From Minisyncoccota bacterium (lineage in GTDB: Bacteria; Patescibacteriota; Minisyncoccia; Phycocordibacterales; UBA6065), in NCBI GenBank assembly GCA_041661645.1, contig JBAZUA010000001.1:1-43617 (forward strand): a stretch of DNA of 43,617 bases. Direction: 5' to 3'. Within the stretch, counting starts at the first letter, position 1. Every line of letters begins with the position of its first letter. Below are positions 1-5,815 of the stretch, one piece after another. A program made the translations under genes and the position numbers. Below the pieces are notes generated by a model. It searched no databases, was not told the DNA's origin, and saw only the letters and a list, made by a program, of their open reading frames with translations.

Positions 1-2
1 AC

Positions 3-299
3 ACCGGTGCATCGTATAGTCAGAACAGGTTTAACATGATTAACGAGCAAGGTTATTTCAATTTAGGCTTTGATGCAGACGGTCGTGGTACTGGTGGACT
101 CAATATTAAGGCGGGGGGAAACGTAGGTATAGGGACAACTACCCCTGCGGTGAAGTTAGACGTGTACGGCCAGATTCGCCCGACAAATCCCACGAAACCC
201 ACTTGTACGGCCGCGATTCGAGGCGCGATCCAATATGACGTGTCCGACGACCATTTTTACGGTTGCCGCGTCTCGGGCTGGGTTCAGCTCGACAACTAA
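3..299 (+). CDS. C-terminal part (5'-partial) of a GIGTTTP-repeat adhesin or tail-fibre-like protein
   Basis: The frame is open from the window edge. It contains a GNVGIGTTTP motif and a C-terminal C-x-A-x-x-R-G-A-I-x-Y...F-Y-G-C...W cap typical of large CPR/phage surface proteins. Confidence 0.65.
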   Translation, partial: TGASYSQNRFNMINEQGYFNLGFDADGRGTGGLNIKAGGNVGIGTTTPAVKLDVYGQIRPTNPTKPTCTAAIRGAIQYDVSDDHFYGCRVSGWVQLDN

Positions 300-391
300 G
301 GGATAGGTGAAGATCGGCTGCAATGCCGTTAAAAGCAAGTCCGAGTTCATCGACAAACACAATAGAATCGGTATAAGATGTCCAGTGCGGA

Positions 392-469
392 GTCTCCTGC
401 AGGAGACACAAGGAAAGGCTTCGGCCTTTCACCAAACCGGGCGATGGGGGCTAGTCCCCCCATCGCCCG
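392..469. repeat. Cluster of palindromes: perfect 16-bp GTCTCCTGCAGGAGAC (392-407), GAAAGGC-TTCG-GCCTTTC hairpin, and a 13-bp-arm GC hairpin (438-469)
   Basis: Inverted repeats read directly from the sequence. Confidence 0.85.
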
Positions 470-507
470 TCCGCGCATTATAAAAGTAATTTCGACTAGG
501 AAATTAT

Positions 508-1326
508 ATGGATATAAAACCATTTAGGCAGTTTTTAGTTGCGCGTAAGGGGCTCATGCCGGTGACGGTGAAAGGGTATGCGGAGGCGGTCAAGAGAATT
601 ACCAGGGTCATCGGCGAGCACCCGTCGGATGAGACGATCGAATCGTTCGTCAACGTCCTCTATACGTCGGAGAAGTCGTATCACCACAAATTAAACACGG
701 TCCTCGCCCTCGAGAAGTATCTCGAGTTCATCGGGCGATCGACCAGGTTCGGCCGACAGCGAAAGCCGAAGCCGATTATCAAGAACACCCTCACGGAAGC
801 AGAGGTAACGAAGCTAATTTTTAACTGCAAGAACGAGCGAGAGAGGGCAATCGTCGCGCTCTTCGCCTACTCGGGCATCAGAAACCAGGAGCTCTGCAAT
901 CTCAGAGTGCGTGATTTCCTATGGTCGCAAAACGCGATCAGGGTCATTCAGGGAAAGTTCGCGAAGGACGGCATCTCGGAGATACCGCCAGAGTGCTCGA
1001 AGATCGTCCTGGACTATCTGAACCTATACCCGAGGACGGCCGATGACCACCTGTTCACAACGCTCAGGCGAAAGGCACAGATGGACACCAGGGACATGAG
1101 GAAGATCATCAAGGTCGTCGCCAAGAGGGCGAAGATGACCAAGCGCGTCTTTCCCCACCTCCTGCGCCACTCTCTCGCCGCTAACATGATCCTGCGCGGA
1201 GTCGACGTGATCTCCCTGAAGAATCAGCTCCGTCACGCATGGCTCGAGACAACGCTGCATTACGCCAATTCTATTGTGTTCGTCGAACGAAACCGTTATC
1301 AGAAGTTCGCGCCTAGCTACGTATAA
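508..1326 (+). CDS. Tyrosine recombinase (XerC/D-like, 272 aa)
   Basis: Catalytic motifs SGIRNQEL (R), GKFAK (K), HLLRH (H-x-x-R) and LRHAWLETTLHY (H...Y). Confidence 0.93.
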   Translation: MDIKPFRQFLVARKGLMPVTVKGYAEAVKRITRVIGEHPSDETIESFVNVLYTSEKSYHHKLNTVLALEKYLEFIGRSTRFGRQRKPKPIIKNTLTEAEVTKLIFNCKNERERAIVALFAYSGIRNQELCNLRVRDFLWSQNAIRVIQGKFAKDGISEIPPECSKIVLDYLNLYPRTADDHLFTTLRRKAQMDTRDMRKIIKVVAKRAKMTKRVFPHLLRHSLAANMILRGVDVISLKNQLRHAWLETTLHYANSIVFVERNRYQKFAPSYV

Positions 1327-1331
1327 AACAA

Positions 1332-1730
1332 ATGAACAAAACAGCAGGATACATAATCGCGGCGGGAGGCCTCTTATCGGCGAGCCTTTTCATGTTCGAC
1401 TTCTCCGGCGTCTCAGATGCCGAGCTGAAGCAGTACATCCAGGACTCGCTCGCCCGGGGGTGCCGGCCGATCATCGACGTCTGCACGTCTGACTGCGGCT
1501 CGGCCGAGCCTCAGCAGAACGTCACCGAGGAGTGCATCATCCCGAGCGGAGACATCATCAAGGTCTCATACACCAGGGCCCAGAACGGGTACGTGAAGCT
1601 CGCGCAGGACCTTGGCATCAGCGCCACGAACACGTCACCGCTCGAGCTCCCCGACAGGATCAGGGAGAAGCTCGAGGATAGCGGAGTCTCTGTCGAGCCT
1701 CAAAAGGAGTCTTTCGTCATCACGGACTAG
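1332..1730 (+). CDS. Hypothetical secreted or membrane-anchored protein
   Basis: Hydrophobic N-terminal segment and four Cys. It starts 5 nt after the integrase stop. Confidence 0.7.
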   Translation: MNKTAGYIIAAGGLLSASLFMFDFSGVSDAELKQYIQDSLARGCRPIIDVCTSDCGSAEPQQNVTEECIIPSGDIIKVSYTRAQNGYVKLAQDLGISATNTSPLELPDRIREKLEDSGVSVEPQKESFVITD

Positions 1731-1741
1731 CTCGTTGCGGT

Positions 1742-1769
1742 TCCCGGCCGATCGACAGATCGGCCGGGA
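1742..1769 (+). terminator. Strong 12-bp hairpin after ORF 1332-1730 (terminator-like, U-tract weak)
   Basis: TCCCGGCCGATC-GACA-GATCGGCCGGGA. Confidence 0.5.
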
Positions 1770-1794
1770 GACGGAACCAGTTATTTGAAAAACA

Positions 1795-1926
1795 GCGGTA
1801 GGGAGAGGGCCGGGGAAGTTCTTCGTCTGAGGATTCCATAGCTCGTATTCGTTCCAAACTCAATGCGTTGCAGGCCAGGCGCGACCACCCAATCCCCGGT
1901 GTCGCCCTCGGCCCTGTCCCTGTCGT
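1795..1926 (+). ncRNA. Candidate structured RNA (long closing stem with G-U pairs enclosing smaller hairpins)
   Basis: 1795-1814 GCGGTAGGGAGAGGGCCGGG pairs with 1906-1926 CCTCGGCCCTGTCCCTGTCGT, including several G-U wobbles. Confidence 0.4.
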
Positions 1927-1952
1927 TCATAAACCATCAATCCACATGATCC

Positions 1953-2183
1953 ATGTGCAAAGTCACGTGTCGGGCATGCGGCCGGCCCTTTGCGGTCGTC
2001 GGAATAGTTCGTCGCGGCGAAAGCTGCTTCTGTTCGGTAAAGTGTTTAAGAGACAACCTCGATGTCAGAGAGGAAACCCAAAACGCCGTGGCGATTGAGT
2101 TTCATCCGAAGGCTCCCGATGTCGTCCCGTTCCACCATCAAGCGTTCCACGCGCCGGGCTTGCTCGGCCTCGTGGGGCAATGA
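1953..2183 (+). CDS. Small zinc-finger protein (CxxC...CxCSxxC, TRASH/MYM-like)
   Basis: CRACG and CFCSVKC motifs. Confidence 0.6.
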   Translation: MCKVTCRACGRPFAVVGIVRRGESCFCSVKCLRDNLDVREETQNAVAIEFHPKAPDVVPFHHQAFHAPGLLGLVGQ

Positions 2184-2243
2184 AAGGAGGTGATCTTTCT
2201 CACCCGAGCCTAACCCGCTCGGTGATGGCGGTAAGTCCGCTTC

Positions 2244-2267
2244 AAGGAGACTACGGTCTCCTTTTTT
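2244..2267 (+). terminator. Intrinsic terminator
   Basis: AAGGAGAC-TACG-GTCTCCTT followed by a T-run. Confidence 0.8.
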
Positions 2268-2328
2268 GTCGGTAAAGTTTTGATAAATAAAAAGTAAAGA
2301 AAATATAAAGGCGATGTTGACTTTTTTC

Positions 2329-2356
2329 TTGACGTCGGCTCAATGCGGAGTAGTAT
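2329..2356 (+). promoter_or_regulatory. Sigma70-type promoter for the second integrase
   Basis: TTGACG-N16-TAGTAT. Confidence 0.6.
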
Positions 2357-2376
2357 CGGAGCCATTACAAGTTAAT

Positions 2377-2582
2377 AGTCCCGGAGCCCGAAAGGGCCCT
2401 GCCGCGAGGCATATTTCACCCCTGGGCCTATCTTGTGAGCATCGTACGCCTTCTGACGATTTTACTTTTAGTTTAATCTCACAGGCGTATAATGCCATTA
2501 GTAACTCCCTGAAAAGGGTTGTCTGCGAGCGATCGCCGGCGTTCAAAGTTACGGCACGGGCCCGGGGGTGAAATACCGGGCT
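2377..2582 (+). ncRNA. Candidate ~205-nt multibranched structured 5' leader or RNA upstream of integrase 2
   Basis: Nested stems 2377-2384/2576-2582, GCCC-GAAA-GGGC, 2411-2428/2559-2575 (~17 bp), 2432-2439/2478-2485, and a possible pseudoknot 2445-2451/2483-2489. Confidence 0.5.
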
Positions 2583-2591
2583 TTGTGTTAT

Positions 2592-3764
2592 ATGTTCATA
2601 AAGTTTCAAGAAAAGTACGAGGAATATTTCGAGTATCTGAGGAAGAGCGGAAAGACAGACAAGACGATCAGCGAGCACAGGAGGATGCTATGCGACCATT
2701 TCCCGGAGCGCATCAAGACGATGCGCCTTGCCAAGATGTCTAAATCAGACATCGCAGATCTGCTCGAGGCGGGAAGGCAGCATGGCGCCCATGGGCCGAC
2801 GCGACTCATCGTCGTGCTGAGGCGGTATTTCAACTTCATGCAGTCCGAGCTCGGCATGGAGATGCCCTTCGACTGGCGGGATGTCAGAGTCCCGATGTCG
2901 AAGCACAAGGAGCAGCCGGTATTCGAGGACCAGGAGATAGCCCTGCTCTTCAAGACCATGGAGGACCTCGAGCCCGGGAGCGTTCATGGCAAGCGGATGA
3001 ACTGGACGATGAGCACTCTCTTCGAGACGCTGTTCGCCACCGGCATGCGTATCCACGAGCCGCTCATGCTGAAGAGGTCGCAATTCCCGCAGATCAAGGC
3101 ATCGAAGGAGCTAGTGATCCTGGGCAAGGGAAGCAAGGAGCGAAAGATATTCTTCACCGATCGGGCGATTGAGAAGCTCGAGGAATACCTCGGCCGGAGG
3201 AATGACACGAGCGACTCCCTCTTCGTAAACTCCTGCGGGGAGCCCTTAATAATGGCGACGGCCCGAAGCTATTTCGAGCGCTTCAAGCGAAAGCTCCGCG
3301 AGCTCGGGCACGAGGAGATAGCACGGAAGCTGAAGAGCCATACGTTCAGGCGCACGCTATCGACGCACCTCTTCGAGAACGGTGCCGACATCAAGACCGT
3401 GCAGAAGATCCTCGGTCATGAGTCCGAGCGCACGACGATCAAGTGCTATATCCGGGCGAACGAGAAGAGGGCGAAGGTGATCCATACCGCCATCCTATCT
3501 AAGATACCTTTCGAGAAGCTCGCTACTCGGTACAAGGAAGTCCCCGACGGATCGGTTCACGTCCGCATCACGGAGAATGGCGGCCGGTGGATGCCGATGG
3601 ACGAGCAGGCATCAGAGGAGCTCAAGGGAATGGTGTCGATGATGAGGGATCAGTTCGCATCGCCGGACGAGAAGCGAATCCTGCAGAAGCTATTTAGCTC
3701 TCTCGGTCAGATATTGGAGCCAGTGACGCCTGTGAATCTCGAGCTTGAGAATGTTGGCGGGTAA
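2592..3764 (+). CDS. Tyrosine recombinase/integrase with a C-terminal extension
   Basis: Motifs TGMRIHE, GKGSKER, HTFRR and LGHESERTTIKCY. ATG 2592 is preferred over GTG 2568, which lies inside the RNA stem. Confidence 0.93.
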   Translation: MFIKFQEKYEEYFEYLRKSGKTDKTISEHRRMLCDHFPERIKTMRLAKMSKSDIADLLEAGRQHGAHGPTRLIVVLRRYFNFMQSELGMEMPFDWRDVRVPMSKHKEQPVFEDQEIALLFKTMEDLEPGSVHGKRMNWTMSTLFETLFATGMRIHEPLMLKRSQFPQIKASKELVILGKGSKERKIFFTDRAIEKLEEYLGRRNDTSDSLFVNSCGEPLIMATARSYFERFKRKLRELGHEEIARKLKSHTFRRTLSTHLFENGADIKTVQKILGHESERTTIKCYIRANEKRAKVIHTAILSKIPFEKLATRYKEVPDGSVHVRITENGGRWMPMDEQASEELKGMVSMMRDQFASPDEKRILQKLFSSLGQILEPVTPVNLELENVGG

Positions 3765-3984
3765 TGATAAAATCTATGCATGAAAGGGCCGAAGCCAAAC
3801 ATAAAAAAAGACCTCGAGATCCTCGCGCTCAAAGCGCAGGGCCTTAGCTTTAGAGCCATCGCTAAGAAGAAAAATCGCGACGTGAAGCGCGTGTATGTGG
3901 CGTACCAGAGGGCAAGGACGCTAGTGGGTGTTGGCGGGTTATCCACAGTTAAGTAACAAGTGGGGCTTTGACGTGTTGGCGGGT
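3752..3984 (+). repeat. Three exact copies of TGTTGGCGGGT (3752-3762, 3929-3939, 3974-3984); DnaA-box TTATCCACA at 3939-3947
   Basis: Read directly from the sequence. Confidence 0.9.
3780..3956 (+). CDS. Small basic HTH DNA-binding protein (58 aa; candidate excisionase or regulator), absent from the supplied ORF track
   Basis: MKGPKPNIKKDLEILALKAQGLSFRAIAKKKNRDVKRVYVAYQRARTLVGVGGLSTVK. The GLSFRAIA...VKRVY segment fits an HTH pattern. Confidence 0.7.
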   Translation: MKGPKPNIKKDLEILALKAQGLSFRAIAKKKNRDVKRVYVAYQRARTLVGVGGLSTVK

Positions 3985-3995
3985 AGAGATATACT
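3968..3995 (+). promoter_or_regulatory. Sigma70-type promoter with a TGTTGGCGGGT repeat in its spacer
   Basis: TTGACG-N16-TATACT. Confidence 0.7.
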
Positions 3996-4001
3996 TATAA
4001 C

Positions 4002-4158
4002 GTTCCTCGAAAATATCATACAGATCGTGGACGAGTTCCGAGATGATTTTGTGTGATGTTTCGATTTTTATGCAGTACTATTTCGGATCAAAGAAGGGCG
4101 GAGACGCACTTCAGTGGTCTAAGAGATAGTTTCAAAAGAGCCCGAAAGGGCTCTTTTG
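4002..4158 (+). ncRNA. Candidate ~155-nt ncRNA of unknown family
   Basis: Promoter upstream, hairpin 4007-4064 and hairpin 4077-4130 (GAGA tetraloop, G-U pairs), then a terminator. No convincing ORF inside. Confidence 0.6.
4133..4158. terminator. Bidirectional intrinsic terminator
   Basis: CAAAAGAGCCC-GAAA-GGGCTCTTTTG. Confidence 0.85.
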
Positions 4159-4236
4159 TTATGGGACCACCGTTTATTTTTATTTACTTCAGGAACAGCT
4201 TTTTGTCGGTGTAAATCGCTTGGCAAACAAAAGCCC

Positions 4237-4452
4237 CTAATTTGGGGCCTGGGGACCTGATTCACCTAGCAGGGAGTGGCTAATCGCCAGTGCGGACAGT
4301 GCAAGAAAAAAAGACATGAAGTGCACATGAGGGTTGATGGACTGAATGAGGGTGCGATATTTTTCGATGAGCAGGAGAGGGTTCAGGTCTGTGCTTATGA
4401 ATAGTATGGCAAGGCCATACGCCGCAAGATAGTAGGCAATTCTCGTTTTCAT
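4237..4452 (-). CDS. Small two-TM membrane protein
   Basis: Two hydrophobic stretches. Start taken at MKTRIAYY. Confidence 0.5.
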   Translation of the reverse strand: MKTRIAYYLAAYGLAILFISTDLNPLLLIEKYRTLIQSINPHVHFMSFFLALSALAISHSLLGESGPQAPN

Positions 4453-4547
4453 AGTGGAAGGGTGCCGATTCATTTGATATAGTGCTCTTCTGCATTCAAG
4501 ATGTCAAACGCCAAATCGTACTTTGAATGGTAAGATAACATACACAT

Positions 4548-5072
4548 ATGAACGAAAACGAAATAAAAGATACCGAAAAAACCGAGGTGGCGGCACCTAT
4601 CGCCCCTGAAATTTCAGAATTGGACAAGGTTAGGGCCGAGCGCGACGAATACCTCGCTGGCTGGCAACGCGCCAAGGCTGATTTTGCCAATGCCAAGAAG
4701 CGCGCCGACGAGTCTCTCGTCGAATACCGCAAGCTCGCCACCGAGGGGGTCATCGAGGAGATCATACCTGTGCTCCAGAGCTTCGAGATGGCATTCGCCA
4801 ACAAGGAGTCGTGGGAAAAGGCAGACAAGAACTGGAGGGCCGGCGTCGAATACATACATGGCCAGCTTAAATCGGTTCTCGAGCAGAATGGCCTCAAGGA
4901 GGTGAACCCGCTTGGCGAGGAGTTCAACCCAAATCGCGACGAGGCCATCGAGTTCGTGCCGGTCACGGACGTCTCTCAGGGCAATAAAATCGTGGGCGTG
5001 GTCTCAAAGGGATATAGCCTCAACGGCAAAGACATCCGTGCCGCAAAGGTGAAGGTGGGGGAGGTGAAGTAA
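4548..5072 (+). CDS. grpE: Nucleotide exchange factor GrpE
   Basis: RAKADFANAKKR, FNPNRDEAI and KGYSLNGKDIRAAKVKV motifs; lies upstream of dnaK. Confidence 0.96.
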   Translation: MNENEIKDTEKTEVAAPIAPEISELDKVRAERDEYLAGWQRAKADFANAKKRADESLVEYRKLATEGVIEEIIPVLQSFEMAFANKESWEKADKNWRAGVEYIHGQLKSVLEQNGLKEVNPLGEEFNPNRDEAIEFVPVTDVSQGNKIVGVVSKGYSLNGKDIRAAKVKVGEVK

Positions 5073-5134
5073 AGATAAAAATGGGGACAGCGAGCGTCTT
5101 GTCTCTGCTCGCGGGATGATCGTATACTGGGGAC

Positions 5135-5386
5135 ATGAAGAAGAAAGAATATCTAACAATGGACCGCTTTGATAAATTCTCTGATCTCATGATGGAGAGC
5201 TTCGCACATCTCAATGTGAAAATTGATGAGAGCATAAAGGCTTCCGAAGAGAGGCTTGGCAAGAGAATTGACTCTCTCGAGTTTAAAGTCGACACAGGTT
5301 TCAGAGAGGTGAATAATCGTATTGACGATCTCGCCGAAACCAAGGTTTCGAGGCATGAGCAGAAGCCGTGGAACTTCGGGTGGTAG
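5135..5386 (+). CDS. Small coiled-coil hypothetical protein
   Basis: Heptad-like pattern (RLGKRIDSLEFKVDTGFREVNNRID). A -10 TATACT lies 6 nt before the ATG. Confidence 0.7.
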   Translation: MKKKEYLTMDRFDKFSDLMMESFAHLNVKIDESIKASEERLGKRIDSLEFKVDTGFREVNNRIDDLAETKVSRHEQKPWNFGW

Positions 5387-5443
5387 CACTTGAAAATGCC
5401 CCCGCGACTGGGTAATATAGGGTATACTAAAGGGAATAAAACG

Positions 5444-5749
5444 ATGGCAAACCTCATTAAACGACCTGAAATAAGGATAATTTCCAAGGATATCACCCTG
5501 GCAACAGGCGAACTCGTGCGCGCCTTCTTTGCCGTGATGAATATCGAGGGTCGGACCGAGATCAGGTTCCTCGGAACCAAGCCTCTCGAGGCCGAGATGG
5601 CCCAGGCAGACGCGACGCCTCTTCTTGCCGCGCCCATCTGCCATGTCTGCGTCGAGCAGGAGGCCGTCATGTTCCGATCGGTCTTCTTGCCGTTCTTCTC
5701 GCTTGACCTCTTCGCAAATCAGCTTGCCCGTGCCCCGAGCCTAGCCTAG
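5444..5749 (+). CDS. Hypothetical protein ending in ...LARAPSLA (candidate RAPP-like arrest peptide)
   Basis: ORF downstream of a TTGAAA-N17-TAATAT promoter (5390-5418) and directly upstream of dnaK. Confidence 0.65.
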   Translation: MANLIKRPEIRIISKDITLATGELVRAFFAVMNIEGRTEIRFLGTKPLEAEMAQADATPLLAAPICHVCVEQEAVMFRSVFLPFFSLDLFANQLARAPSLA

Positions 5750-5815
5750 ATTCCAGGCGCCCCTCAAGCGCGATTTTCGCGTGGCGCATTATCATCTAGC
5801 TAACTCAATTCACAC

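Larger units (their letters stand above)
1..4210 (+). mobile_element. Right-hand end of a putative integrative element or prophage remnant with two tyrosine recombinases
   Basis: Two integrase ORFs, a small HTH ORF, a Zn-finger ORF and a fibre-like ORF lie directly before the housekeeping grpE-dnaK-dnaJ block. No capsid or terminase genes are visible. The boundary is approximate. Confidence 0.6.

Noticed and set aside
200-470. Diversity-generating retroelement (fibre C-terminus followed by a GC hairpin)
   Set aside because: No template/variable repeat pair differing at adenines and no reverse transcriptase in the window.
2183-2195. Possible 16S rRNA 3' end on the minus strand
   Set aside because: Only 12-13 nt match and the flanking sequence is not rRNA-like. 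Treated as an SD-like motif.
2377-2582. tmRNA (pseudoknot plus an internal open frame ending ...SPAFKVTA)
   Set aside because: No GGGG-type acceptor 5' end, no TTCRA T-loop and no CCA end, in either standard or permuted order.
4093-4112. Group II intron domain V or SRP helix 8 (GCG-GAGA-CGC-AC)
   Set aside because: It lacks the AGC/CGC catalytic triad stem and the SRP CAGG/AGCA loop. No RT gene is present.
4440-5815. CIRCE/HrcA operator for the grpE-dnaK-dnaJ genes
   Set aside because: No TTAGCACTC-N9-GAGTGCTAA match was found by eye, and hrcA is not in the window.
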